Part shown: piece after piece, positions 1-10,600 of the stretch
How the letters are laid out: every line of letters begins with the position of its first letter
Position numbering within the stretch: position 1 is the stretch's first letter
From: Desulfosarcina sp. BuS5
GTDB taxonomy: Bacteria; Desulfobacterota; Desulfobacteria; Desulfobacterales; BuS5
Direction: 5' to 3'
DNA length: 32,000 nt
Assembly: GCF_028752835.1 (NCBI RefSeq)
Contig: NZ_CP087952.1
Location: forward strand, 445,041 to 477,040
Notes under the pieces: model-generated
Told to the model about the DNA's origin: nothing
The model's input: only the letters and a program-made list of their open reading frames with translations
Database searches by the model: none
Program-made: the position numbers and the translations under genes

Positions 1-570
1 ATTTTACTTACATCACACGTAGGCAACTGGCAGATAGCTCTGACTGCATTAAACAAAATCGGGAAAAAAGTATATCTCCTTATGCGCAGGGAGGATAACC
101 CGGCTGTTATTGAAACGCTTCAGGTGGGAATAGAAAAGGGAGCGATAGAGATAATATCGCCTGATCAATATATGGGAGGTGTTATCGAAATAATGAATGC
201 CTTGAAAAATGGACATATTGTTTCGATCATGGGCGACAGGAGTTACGGCGTAAACACATTGGATATTCCATTTCTCGGAGAAACAGCATTCTTTCCATAC
301 AGCGCTTTCAGCATGGCTGCGGCACAGGGATGCCCGATAGTTGTTTTATTCGCAGCTAAAGTCGACTATACGAGCTATTTAGTGGATGTTAGCAATATAT
401 TACGCCCTGAATATAAGGGCAGAAGAAACAAAAAAGAACAATTAAGATACTGGGTAATGAGTTTTGCAGAACTTATTGAAGCATTTGTATCAAAACATCC
501 TTACCAATGTTTTTTATTTCATGATGTTTGGAAAAAGGAGATAGTTGATGGGAGAGCAGCAGGGCAATAG
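1..570 (+). CDS. LpxL/HtrB-like lysophospholipid (lipid A type) acyltransferase; 5' end lies outside the window
   Basis: Frame 1 is open from base 1 (ILLTSHVGNWQIALTAL...) into the listed 82..570 ORF. SHVGNWQ resembles the HxGNWE catalytic box of lauroyl/myristoyl acyltransferases, with Q in place of E here. The 3' end overlaps the start of the ACP gene. Confidence 0.6.
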   Translation: MLLTSHVGNWQIALTALNKIGKKVYLLMRREDNPAVIETLQVGIEKGAIEIISPDQYMGGVIEIMNALKNGHIVSIMGDRSYGVNTLDIPFLGETAFFPYSAFSMAAAQGCPIVVLFAAKVDYTSYLVDVSNILRPEYKGRRNKKEQLRYWVMSFAELIEAFVSKHPYQCFLFHDVWKKEIVDGRAAGQ

Positions 571-829
571 TTTGCCGGAGATTCGTGAAGAGTTAAAAAA
601 ACTTCTTGTGGAAAACCTGGCGCTTGATGATATTAACCCGGAAGAAATAAAAGACGATGAAATTCTTTTTGGTGACGGGCTTGGTCTTGATTCCCTGGAC
701 GCAGTGGAAATAGTGGTAATTCTCCAGAGGAACTTCGGCCTTGAAATACAGGATATGGAGCAGGGTCAAAAAATATTTTATTCAATCGAGACCCTTGCAA
801 ATTATGTTTATGAAAACATTAACCAATGA
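548..829 (+). CDS. Acyl carrier protein (ACP 1)
   Basis: About 93 aa with the phosphopantetheine attachment motif LGLDSLDAVE. AAGGAG lies 7 nt upstream of the ATG at 548 (the track starts at TTG 545). The stop overlaps the next start as ATGA at 826-829. Confidence 0.85.
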   Translation: MGEQQGNSLPEIREELKKLLVENLALDDINPEEIKDDEILFGDGLGLDSLDAVEIVVILQRNFGLEIQDMEQGQKIFYSIETLANYVYENINQ

Positions 830-1989
830 AGATTGCAATAACCGGAACCGGTATCATTTCCGCCGCTGGCAGAGGTGTCAAAGAGACACTTGCAACATTC
901 AAATCCGGCATCGGCAATCCCGGCCCGGTCTCCGGCTTTTCGACGGATTTATCGTATCCTGTTTTTGAAGTAAAAAATCTATACATAACGAAGCAACAAG
1001 ATGGTATGCGCACCATCCGGCTTGCCCAGACTGCTGCCGGAGAGGCTGTGGCCGAAGCAGGCCTCTCGGATAAGCTCTCTCCGTACCGTGTGGGGGTTTG
1101 CCTTGGCACCACTGTGGCCGGCCAGTTGAATGATATAGATTTTTATCGTAAATACCGCAGCAGCGGCGCCGGCCCTGCAGAACCGGTGGATCGTTATTTA
1201 AATGGCAACCTTGCCGAAAGTATTGCCTGTACATTACAAGTTGACGGACCTCAAATGACAGTGGTAAATGCATGCTCATCAGGCGCTGATGCAATCGGTG
1301 TTGCTGCTGCCTGGCTGAAAAGCGGGCTTTGTGATATAGCTATTGCAGGAGGCGCGGACGAACTTAACCGGGTTCCGTTTTGCGGCTTTGGTTCGCTTGG
1401 CATTTTGTCCGGTTCGGCATGCAGACCATTTGACAGGGAAAGAAACGGATTAAACCTGGGAGAAGGCGCCGGGATTCTGGTTCTGGAGCCGGAAGCTTCT
1501 GCACGGAACAGAGGCATTGAACCATTATTATTTCTGTCCGGATACGGCTCTGCAGGCGATGCCTACCATCTCACAGCGCCGCATCCTGAAGGCGCAGGAC
1601 TGGAATCTGCAATTAAAGCCGCGCTGGATGAGGCCAGTATAAGCCCGGATGATATATCCTTTGTCAATGCACACGGCACAGGCACAAGAGAAAACGACAA
1701 GGTTGAAGGCGCAATGCTGTTAAAAATGTTCGGGTCTGAAATTAAATTTTATTCCACCAAAGGTTTTACCGGGCATACTCTTGGAGCAGCCGGAGGTCTT
1801 GAAGCCGCATTTACCGCAATAGGCCTGAAAGAGGGCTGGATTCCGGCCGGCCCGGGTTTCAAATCTGTTGATGATCAAATATCCATCAGCCCGGTCACAA
1901 AGATTACTCCCGTAAAGGGTACTTTTGCGCTTTCTACATCACTGGCCTTCGGAGGCGCCAATACTGCGCTGATTATCAGCCTGGAATAA
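826..1989 (+). CDS. Beta-ketoacyl-ACP synthase (FabF/FabB-like KS, catalytically complete)
   Basis: The Cys-His-His triad motifs are present: VVNACSSGADAIG, NAHGTGT, GHTLGAAG. The gene is translationally coupled to ACP 1. Confidence 0.9.
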   Translation: MKIAITGTGIISAAGRGVKETLATFKSGIGNPGPVSGFSTDLSYPVFEVKNLYITKQQDGMRTIRLAQTAAGEAVAEAGLSDKLSPYRVGVCLGTTVAGQLNDIDFYRKYRSSGAGPAEPVDRYLNGNLAESIACTLQVDGPQMTVVNACSSGADAIGVAAAWLKSGLCDIAIAGGADELNRVPFCGFGSLGILSGSACRPFDRERNGLNLGEGAGILVLEPEASARNRGIEPLLFLSGYGSAGDAYHLTAPHPEGAGLESAIKAALDEASISPDDISFVNAHGTGTRENDKVEGAMLLKMFGSEIKFYSTKGFTGHTLGAAGGLEAAFTAIGLKEGWIPAGPGFKSVDDQISISPVTKITPVKGTFALSTSLAFGGANTALIISLE

Positions 1990-1992
1990 CGA

Positions 1993-3072
1993 ATGAATAT
2001 TACCGGAATAGGTACGGTTTTTACAAGAGGACGTGGTATCAACAACTTTGAGGCGGCATTGATCGAGGGCTGGGTCCCTCCGCTTCAGCAACCATACTCC
2101 CTGCTTCCTGATAAGTCTTTGCCTGTATACACAGTTAATAAGGAATATCTCGTCGATAAAAAACTGTTAAAAAGAATTCGCAGGGCCGATAAATTCAGCA
2201 AAATGGCGGTTCTTGCGGCCTGTGATGCTGTTATTGACAGCGGCCTTGGCGCCGACAAGATCGAATCTACAGGAATAATTCTTTCAACGGCATTCGGTCC
2301 CCATGCAACAACGTTTCGTTTTCTTAATGATATTATAGATTATGGCGACGGAGGAGTATCCCCGACTCTTTTTTCCAATTCAGTTCATAATGCCGCTGCA
2401 TCCTATATCGCATCAGTCTTGAACATTCACGGGCCTACTTTAACACTGACCCAATTTAAATCCTCCTTTCACCAGGCCCTGATTCTGGCCGGACTCTGGA
2501 TTGAGCAGCAAAGATGTGATAATGTTCTGGTTGGAAGTGTGGACGAATGCAGCGATGTGATGAAATATATATGTGCGGAAAAGCTTGAAATTGCAGGGGA
2601 CGGCAAGATCAGGCCTTTCCGGTTTTCTCCTGTTGCGCCGGCTGTTCCAGGAGAAGGATCCGTTTTTTTCCTTGTCTCTAAACAAGATAGGCCGGGAAAG
2701 TATTGTAAAATTTCATCTGTAACAACGGGAAACAACTTAATTGACGAAAAGAGACCCGATATGTATATTCTTGATGCCGACGGAATGGGAGGCGATGAGA
2801 CTGGATACTTGCAATTTGCCTCATCCGGTGCAATAATTACAGGATATGCACCTGTTTCCGGCAGCATGATGGCAGGCAGCGCTTTTAATTGCGCAGCCGG
2901 CGCTTTGATGCTGAAAAACCGGGTTAAATACAGGTGCCCGGTTCAGGATAATCCCCACTCCGTAAACCTGTGTTTAAAAACCGAACCTGCGGATATTGAT
3001 TATATCAGATGTATAAAAAATAATTGCAGTGGAGAAACTTCCGCTGTCAGCCTGCGGCGGGCCGGAGCTTGA
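1993..3072 (+). CDS. KS-like protein lacking the catalytic triad (chain-length-factor-like partner)
   Basis: It has the thiolase-like pattern (SPTLFSNSVHNAAASYIASV). The position aligned to ACSSG reads FKSSF (Cys to Lys) and NAHGTG reads DADGMG (His to Asp). It starts 3 nt after the KS stop. Confidence 0.7.
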   Translation: MNITGIGTVFTRGRGINNFEAALIEGWVPPLQQPYSLLPDKSLPVYTVNKEYLVDKKLLKRIRRADKFSKMAVLAACDAVIDSGLGADKIESTGIILSTAFGPHATTFRFLNDIIDYGDGGVSPTLFSNSVHNAAASYIASVLNIHGPTLTLTQFKSSFHQALILAGLWIEQQRCDNVLVGSVDECSDVMKYICAEKLEIAGDGKIRPFRFSPVAPAVPGEGSVFFLVSKQDRPGKYCKISSVTTGNNLIDEKRPDMYILDADGMGGDETGYLQFASSGAIITGYAPVSGSMMAGSAFNCAAGALMLKNRVKYRCPVQDNPHSVNLCLKTEPADIDYIRCIKNNCSGETSAVSLRRAGA

Positions 3073-3092
3073 GCGAGCCCTTATGGAGGAAA

Positions 3093-3341
3093 ATGAAACA
3101 TATCGAAGAAACCCTTGTCAATGAACTTGCGGTAATTTTATCCAGAGATCCTGCTGCAATATTGCCTGAAACACCCCTGCATGAACTCGGAGTTGATTCC
3201 TTGAGCTTTGTTGAACTTCTTGTTTTTATTGAAAAAACATTTAAGATACAATTAATGGAATCAGGTTTGACCAAAAAAGATTTTCAGACTGTCCGTTCCC
3301 TTTCATTTACCATAAGCAAAATGAGCAACCCGCCCTTATAA
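3093..3341 (+). CDS. Acyl carrier protein (ACP 2)
   Basis: Carries the LGVDSLSFVE motif. GGAGG lies upstream of the ATG at 3093. The track's 3024 start would overlap the preceding gene and lacks an RBS. Confidence 0.8.
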   Translation: MKHIEETLVNELAVILSRDPAAILPETPLHELGVDSLSFVELLVFIEKTFKIQLMESGLTKKDFQTVRSLSFTISKMSNPPL

Positions 3342-3347
3342 ATTTAT

Positions 3348-4685
3348 ATGCTTCTTTCAGTATTATTAAAAAATATCACAGACAGGCGATATTTGACCGG
3401 TATGGACTGGCTTGTCCATGTGTTTGACTATATGACCAAACAGGCCACCGGCGTTGGAAACATATCACAGCTTGTCTTTGAGCTTGCAGGTGAATTGGAT
3501 GAAAATCAACTTAAAAGCGCACTTAAGAAGTTGATCCAAAAGTATCCACTCCTGTCAGGGCATCCGGCGCGGGCTTTTAACCTTGCCCCATACTGGAAAA
3601 TACCATCAGAAAAAAATACTGTCAGGATACCGTTTAATACTGATCAAATCGGAACAGACGCAAAAAACGGCTGGATAATCCGCTTGCTGGAACGATCTGT
3701 TAATGCCCCATTTAACAGCGAAAAGGAACATCTTGCGTTTAATCTCATAAAAGCGGGAAAAAAAAGTTTTTTAGCTATGACATTCGACCACCGCTTGCTG
3801 GACGGGAGGGGAGCCGAGGCATTTTTAGGTTTGCTGCAGGATGAATGGGACAGCAATTTTGAACTGTCAACGGATGTTTCTGTTACGGAACCTCCTCATC
3901 TTTCCGGGTGGGTTAGAAAATTCAAGGCAGGGCAAAAGGTCAACCGCTTATTATTACGGATAGCTGAAAATGCGCCTCCGCTTGTTTTACCTGTTGGGCC
4001 GCCTTTAAAATATCCTGATTTTAAATTTAAGTTGCTTTTTTTCAGCAAGGACAAGAGCGATAGAATTATTGAAAAATCGAATAATGAGGCCGGATACCTG
4101 ATGCTGATGCCTTTTCTGCTGGCATCCTCTGTTAATGCACTGCATTCTGCTTTTAAAGCAAGGGGAATAGTGGGCAGTGATTATCTTGTGCCGGTCGGAA
4201 TAGATATGCGTTCACCTGAAAAGATTAAAAAACAAGTATTTTTTAACCATGTTTCTTTTTTTATGCTCAAAATTAAGGCGGACAAATCAGATGACCTGAA
4301 TTTTATTTTAAACTCCATCAAGTCTCAGATATATGACCAGGTCCGGAACGGCGTGCTGAACAATTTTATAGAAGCCGGAATGCTTTTACGAATTGCGCCC
4401 CCTGCTCTATTGAGCCGCCTGATACTCCTGCCTTTCAAGGGAGTCATTTCGTCTTTCAGTTTTTCTTATGTTGGAGAATCCGCATTCAAGTCAAATGAAT
4501 TTATGGGCCGGGAGGTATTAAACCTTACCCATATGCCCAGGGTTCCTGTCCCGCCCGGTATTGGAATATTTTTTCAAAAATTTAAAGGAAAACTCAACGC
4601 TGTTTTATCCTATAAGCAGGATCTATTGTCCGATAATGAGGCAAACTTGATTACAGGCGTCTTGAAATCCGTGCTTGGAGCCTAA
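3348..4685 (+). CDS. Condensation-domain-like / CAT-superfamily acyltransferase (HHxxxDG type)
   Basis: FDHRLLDGRGAEAF matches the (H)HxxxDG active-site motif of NRPS C domains, PapA5 and WS/DGAT acyltransferases. At 445 aa the size is typical of a stand-alone C-like enzyme. Confidence 0.55.
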   Translation: MLLSVLLKNITDRRYLTGMDWLVHVFDYMTKQATGVGNISQLVFELAGELDENQLKSALKKLIQKYPLLSGHPARAFNLAPYWKIPSEKNTVRIPFNTDQIGTDAKNGWIIRLLERSVNAPFNSEKEHLAFNLIKAGKKSFLAMTFDHRLLDGRGAEAFLGLLQDEWDSNFELSTDVSVTEPPHLSGWVRKFKAGQKVNRLLLRIAENAPPLVLPVGPPLKYPDFKFKLLFFSKDKSDRIIEKSNNEAGYLMLMPFLLASSVNALHSAFKARGIVGSDYLVPVGIDMRSPEKIKKQVFFNHVSFFMLKIKADKSDDLNFILNSIKSQIYDQVRNGVLNNFIEAGMLLRIAPPALLSRLILLPFKGVISSFSFSYVGESAFKSNEFMGREVLNLTHMPRVPVPPGIGIFFQKFKGKLNAVLSYKQDLLSDNEANLITGVLKSVLGA

Positions 4686-5882
4686 ATGTCCCGCAAACAA
4701 ATAGAATGTGAAGTGCTGGTTGTGGGGGGTGGTGTTGCCGGTTTATGCGCCGCCGTCACCTCTGCCAGGTCAGGCGCTGAAACTATTCTGATTGAAAAAA
4801 ATGATTTCCCGGGCGGCACGGCTGTTACCGGTTTGCATAGTTTTATTTGCGGGCTCTATTTAAACGGCGTAACAATGCCGGGGAAGACCCTGAACAGGGG
4901 TATTGCGCGTGAAATCACGGCGGGATTAAAAAGACTTGCTCCAGGGACAAATATTTATAAAATGGGAAGGGTGTATGTCCTCCCGTTTTCAACAGGAGAT
5001 CTTGTTTCTGTTTTCAGGGCATTGAGTGAAAACACTGACCGCCTGGTCCTTTTGTATAATACCAGGGCTGTTTCCGTGCAATCAGGGCATGACAGAATTG
5101 TTTCCGTAACCGCATGTGATTTAATGGACCAAATTGATATCAAGGCCGGATTTGTCATAGATTGTTCGGGTGATGGTGTAATAATTAAATTAGCAGGCTT
5201 GAAATACAGATCGGCGACGCCGGATAAACGTCAATTGGCAGGATTTACATTTAAGCTCAAGGGCCTTTACCCTCCGGATGATATGGCAAGTATTAAGGTG
5301 CCGTACTATCTGGCCCGGGCGGTAAGAGCACAAAAGATTCCTTTTCACCTGAAGTTTACCACTTTTATTGCAGAGGATGATGGGGATGAAGGTTTTTGCC
5401 GGCTCGCCATTCCTCCCGGTTCAGAAGCGAATAGAGTGTTACAGGCACAAGCGGATGCCCGGCTGGTACATTCTGTTCTTAGAAAAAAGATCCCTGCTTT
5501 TCGGGATTCTTACATCATGGAAAAATCTTCAGCCGTAGTTGACCGGGAGGGGATCCGTTTAAGCGGCGAATATTTATTGACCGGAGAGGATGTGTTAAAG
5601 GGTAAAAAGTTTTCTGACGGCATAGTCAAAAGTTCATGGCCGATAGAGTTTTGGTACCAAAACAGGGGCCCACGCTATCAATATCTGTTACCTGGTGATT
5701 ACTATACAATTCCTTTCGGATGTCTCAAGGATAAAATGATAAAAAATTTTTTATGCGCCGGACGATGTATATCAGTAACCGGTGAAGCATTAGGCTCCAC
5801 CCGGGTTATGGGCACCTGTATGTCGATGGGTGAGCAGGCCGGCCAAGTCGCCGCATCAGGATATAGATTTCCACATAAATAA
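4686..5882 (+). CDS. FAD-dependent oxidoreductase (FAD_oxidored / GidA-like fold)
   Basis: N-terminal dinucleotide-binding motif VLVVGGGVAGLCAAVTSARSGAETILIEKNDFPGGT. The start directly abuts the previous stop (TAA ATG at 4683-4688). Confidence 0.75.
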   Translation: MSRKQIECEVLVVGGGVAGLCAAVTSARSGAETILIEKNDFPGGTAVTGLHSFICGLYLNGVTMPGKTLNRGIAREITAGLKRLAPGTNIYKMGRVYVLPFSTGDLVSVFRALSENTDRLVLLYNTRAVSVQSGHDRIVSVTACDLMDQIDIKAGFVIDCSGDGVIIKLAGLKYRSATPDKRQLAGFTFKLKGLYPPDDMASIKVPYYLARAVRAQKIPFHLKFTTFIAEDDGDEGFCRLAIPPGSEANRVLQAQADARLVHSVLRKKIPAFRDSYIMEKSSAVVDREGIRLSGEYLLTGEDVLKGKKFSDGIVKSSWPIEFWYQNRGPRYQYLLPGDYYTIPFGCLKDKMIKNFLCAGRCISVTGEALGSTRVMGTCMSMGEQAGQVAASGYRFPHK

Positions 5883-5966
5883 TTTCACTGCGTTATCGGT
5901 CGTCGGAGTATTATAATACGCCTTCCTCCCTCTGGCCTTGTGCAATTAATTATCTGAAAATCTATA
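5862..5966. repeat. Imperfect 27-nt inverted repeat (arms 5862-5888 and 5940-5966) around a 51-nt core
   Basis: Arm A is tatagatttccacataaataatttcac. The reverse complement of arm B is tatagattttcagataattaattgcac. About 23/27 positions match by eye. Arm A spans the stop codon at 5880-5882. Confidence 0.5.
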
Positions 5967-6127
5967 GAAAAAGTTTATCTCTATTTTATTGATCAAAGCA
6001 TCAAAACCCCTCCAGCTAAACAAGGTCTGTCATCCATTGCGGGAATCGATAAAGGTTGTTTTTCGGGAAATAAAATTTGTTGTACCAATGCGGACTATTT
6101 GCAAAGATTATCTGCGGAGCATAAAAA

Positions 6128-7570
6128 ATGAATATTGTTGAATTAATCAGAAAGGAAACTTCGGCTTTTCAGGATAAAATCGCAGTTATACAGAACGATG
6201 ATAAGCTTTCCTATAAAGAACTGTTGGTTAAGATTAATAAAGCAGCCGACGAGTTAAAAAGAAACGGTCTAGGGCAGGGAGATCGGGTCGGATTATTATG
6301 TGAAGACTCTATAGATTATATCATTACCTGTTTGGCAGTACTCTCCGTTTATGCGGTGATAGTTCCGGTTCCGGATTCTTGTTCACATGCCGAAACGGAT
6401 GAGCTTATTGACCGGATAGACGTAAACTTTTTTATCTTTGACAGATCTGAATATTCTACTGAATCCTATAGTAATGACAGCAAGATTGTTTTTGCCGATA
6501 TTGTTGTGACAAAAGAACTTTGGATTTATAAACGCAGGGCAGACAACAGCTTGCCCGGAGAGTATCACAATCTTAATCCTGCGTTTATAAGATTTACATC
6601 AGGAACTACAGGTGAGAGCAAGGGGGTTCTCCTTTCCCATGAAACCATAGTTCAAAGAACGGATGCTGCTAATAATGCTCTGGATATAACTTCCGATGAT
6701 GTGGTGATCTGGATGCTTTCCATGAGTTTTCATTTTGTGGTCACAATTTTGCTTTTTTTAAGGCAAGGCGCAACCATTATAATCTGTTCAGGCTCGTTTC
6801 CCGATTCACTGCAGCAAGGACTGAAAAACAATAGGGGCACATTTATCTATGCATCACCCTTTCATTACCGAATGATGATAAAATCAGATATGTTCCCGCC
6901 TGCAACATTCAGTTGCTACCGTCTGGCAGTATCAACCGCCACACATTTATCTGTATCCACAGCCGCCGATTTTCACAGGAAATTCGGATTGGAACTCTCC
7001 CAGGCCTACGGTTTGATTGAGGTCGGGCTTCCGTTTATTAATAATTCAAAAAACCCTGCCAAACGTGAATCTGCAGGAAAAATTCTTCCTGATTACAGGG
7101 TCAGAATTGCAAATCCGAATCAAGAGGGAATCGGTGAAATATATATAAAGGGCAAAGGGATGTTTGATGCCTATTTTTCACCATGGAGGAGCAGAAACCA
7201 GGTTGCACCGGACGGATGGTTTGCGACCGGCGACCTTGGCAGACTGGATAATGACGGTTTCCTTTTTATTGCGGGGCGTAAAAAAAACATCATAAATTTT
7301 ACCGGCATGAAGATATTTCCATATGAGGTGGAATATGTAATTAATCAGTACCATGAGGTGCAAGACTCCCTGGTTTACGCCAATCCGCACAATATTTACG
7401 GAGAACTGCCATGTGCCAGGATAGTGCTGAAAAACGGGACAACAGACGATTTTGATTTAAACAAACTCAGAAAATTTTGCTATCAGCGCCTTGCTTCATA
7501 TAAAGTGCCCAAAGAATTTATACTTGTAAAAGAATTAGACAGGACAGCCAGCGGCAAACTCAAACGGTGA
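6128..7570 (+). CDS. AMP-dependent synthetase/ligase (acyl-AMP/acyl-ACP or CoA ligase, ANL family)
   Basis: Adenylation motifs FTSGTTGESKGV, GDLGRLDNDGFLFIAGRKK and C-terminal SGKLKR. GGAG lies 9 nt upstream of the ATG. Confidence 0.9.
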   Translation: MNIVELIRKETSAFQDKIAVIQNDDKLSYKELLVKINKAADELKRNGLGQGDRVGLLCEDSIDYIITCLAVLSVYAVIVPVPDSCSHAETDELIDRIDVNFFIFDRSEYSTESYSNDSKIVFADIVVTKELWIYKRRADNSLPGEYHNLNPAFIRFTSGTTGESKGVLLSHETIVQRTDAANNALDITSDDVVIWMLSMSFHFVVTILLFLRQGATIIICSGSFPDSLQQGLKNNRGTFIYASPFHYRMMIKSDMFPPATFSCYRLAVSTATHLSVSTAADFHRKFGLELSQAYGLIEVGLPFINNSKNPAKRESAGKILPDYRVRIANPNQEGIGEIYIKGKGMFDAYFSPWRSRNQVAPDGWFATGDLGRLDNDGFLFIAGRKKNIINFTGMKIFPYEVEYVINQYHEVQDSLVYANPHNIYGELPCARIVLKNGTTDDFDLNKLRKFCYQRLASYKVPKEFILVKELDRTASGKLKR

Positions 7571-7689
7571 TGATCTATAAAGGAATGGTGGATTTCTTGC
7601 CGCTTTAAAGATATAAAATTTAATTTATTGATCTACATACAAAATGTATTGGAGTTGCATAAAAAAATGTTTGAAAGGTTTGATTTATA

Positions 7690-10600
7690 ATGGATAATCG
7701 ATTCTTTGAACAACCCATCCTCAACTCCCCATATGAATATCCGGCACTGCACTGGGAGCTTGATAATGAAGGCCAGCCGACACAGCGAATTATTAAAAAC
7801 CGTCGCAGCGCAAAGTTCATCACTCCGATTCCAAAGCCGAAAAAACGCAAAAACAAAGATGCGCCCCAACAACAGGAATTTGTTTTCGACGAGGGCAAGG
7901 GGCTTTCAACTAAAGAGCAACAATACGACCCAACGCCGATCATCAATGCCCTTCGTCGTGATGTGGATAAATGGCGAACTTTAAAGAATCCAAATGACTG
8001 GAAAGTTAGTCCCGAAACGGCCCGCCTGATTCAGCACTGGCGTCACCATAAGTTCAATGATATCCGCCCATTCTTTTGTCAGGTGGAAGCAATCGAGACG
8101 GCCATCTGGCTTACCGAGGTCGCCCCAAAATCCGGTAAAAGCGAAAAAGGCTTTCTTAAACATCTTGTAAACGCAAACAACGACGCAAACCCGGAACTTA
8201 TGCGCCTGGCTCTGAAAATGGCTACAGGCACAGGTAAAACTACCGTTATGGCAATGCTGATTGCCTGGCAGACCATCAATGCCGTGCGTCGCCCCACCAG
8301 TAAAAAATTTACACGAGGTTTCCTGATTGTCACTCCGGGCATAACTATCCGCGATCGGCTTCGCGTACTTTTTCCCAATGATCCGGACAGCTACTATGCA
8401 AGCCGTGAATTGGTGCCAAACGATATGCTTTCTGATCTGAAACGGGCAAAAATTGTAATTACCAATTATCATGCGTTTAAACAGCGTGAACGAATGGAAC
8501 TTTCCAGGGGAGGTCGTTCCCTGCTTCAGGGCCGGGGCGAAGCTTTAAATACATTAGAAACAGAAGGCCAGATGATTCAGCGGGTGATGCCCGACCTCAT
8601 GGGAATAAAAAATATCATGGTGTTCAATGATGAGGGGCACCATTGTTATCGAGAGAAACCAGGCGAAAATGATGTAAGTACTTTGAAAGGTGATGATAAA
8701 AAAGAAGCCCAAAAAAATAATGAAGCCGCACGTCTCTGGATTTCCGGTCTTGAGACTGTTAATCGAAAACTCGGCATTTCGCGTGTTATTGATTTATCGG
8801 CAACACCATTTTTTTTAAGCGGCTCCGGTTATGTCGAAGGCACCCTGTTTCCATGGACCATGAGTGATTTTTCATTGATGGATGCCATTGAATGCGGAAT
8901 CGTCAAACTGCCGAGAGTACCGGTAGCCGACAACATACCCGGAGAAGAGATGCCAAAATTCCGAAATCTCTGGCAGCATATTGGTAAAAAAATGCCAAAA
9001 AAAGGTAGAGACAAGTCAAAAGTTCTTGATCCTCTCAGCCTGCCGGTTGAACTGCAGACCGCGCTGGAAGCCCTTTACGGGCATTACAAAAAAACATATG
9101 ATCTATGGGAAGAAAACGGCATTCATGTGCCGCCCTGCTTTATCATTGTCTGCAACAACACCTCCACATCCAAACTGGTTTATGATTATATTTCCGGTTT
9201 TTACAGGGAGAATGAAGATGGTACAAGTCAGTTAGTAAATGGCCGTTTGGAGCTGTTTAGAAATTTTGATGAACATGGCAATCAGTTGGGGCGTCCAAAC
9301 ACCTTGCTTATTGACAGCCGGCAACTGGAATCCGGCGATGCGCTGGATAAAAATTTTCGGAACATGGCAGCCGACGAAATTGATCGTTTCCGCCGGGAAA
9401 TTATCGAGCGCACCGGTGACCGTTGTCAGGCTGAAAATATTACGGATCATGATCTGCTCAGGGAGGTCATGAACACTGTCGGCAAGCAGGGACGACTGGG
9501 TGAATCGATCCGATGCGTGGTGTCAGTCTCCATGCTCACCGAGGGATGGGATGCCAATACTGTCACCCATATTCTTGGCGTGCGTGCGTTTGGAACACAG
9601 CTTTTGTGTGAACAGGTTATTGGCCGCGCTCTGCGCCGTCAATCTTATGACCTTAACGAAGAAGGTCTCTTCAATGTTGAGTATGCCGATATACTGGGAA
9701 TCCCGTTTGATTTCACAGCCAAACCGGTGATAGCGCCGCCTCAGCCGCCAGGAGAAACCATCCATGTCAAAGCGGTTCGACCTGAACGCGACGCTCTTGA
9801 AATAAAATTTCCCCGTGTCCAGGGTTATCGCGTTGAATTGCCAAAAGAACGTCTGACGGCTGAGTTTAATGAAGACTCTGTTCTGGAGTTGACACCGGGT
9901 ATCGTTGGTCCGTCTATTACCAAAAATCAGGGCATAATCGGTGAGGGTGTGGATCTCAGCCTGAAGCATCTAAAAGACATGCGGCGATTAACCCTGCTGT
10001 TTCACGTTACCAAACGTTTACTATACACAAAATGGCGAGATCCTGACAAAGATCCCGAGCTGCATTTGTTTGGTCAGCTCAAGAGAATCACAAGGCAGTG
10101 GCTTGACAATTGTCTGCTCTGTAAAGGCGGCACGTATCCGGCCCAGTTGATGTACCAGGAACTGGCTGACATGGCCTGTGAACGGATTACTGCCGCCATT
10201 ACCCGTTCCCTGATCGGGGAACGACCTGTCAAAGCAGTGCTTGATCCGTATAATCCCACCGGCTCCACCATGCACGCAAACTTCAATACCTCCAAAAAGA
10301 GCCGCTGGCAAACAGATGCCCGGCGATGTCATATCAACTGGGTGATTATTGACAGCGACTGGGAGGCCGAATTCTGCCGAGTAGCGGAATCTCATCCAAA
10401 AGTAAAGGCATATGTCAAGAACCATAACCTTGGGCTGGAAGTCCCATACCGCTATGGATCTGAAATGCGGACGTACCTGCCTGATTTCATTGTCCTGATT
10501 GATGACGGCCGGGACAAGCCTATGAACCTGATTGTTGAAATCAAGGGATATCGCCGCGAGGATGCCAAAGAAAAAAAATCTACTATGGAGACCTACTGGG

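Noticed and set aside
741-3274. Overlapping ORFs on both strands across the ACP/KS/CLF genes (741-968, 819-1112, 899-1294, 1251-1517, 2440-2685, 2469-2867, 3047-3274)
   Set aside because: They are shadow frames of well-supported KS and ACP genes. No motifs support them and they are incompatible with the tightly coupled operon.
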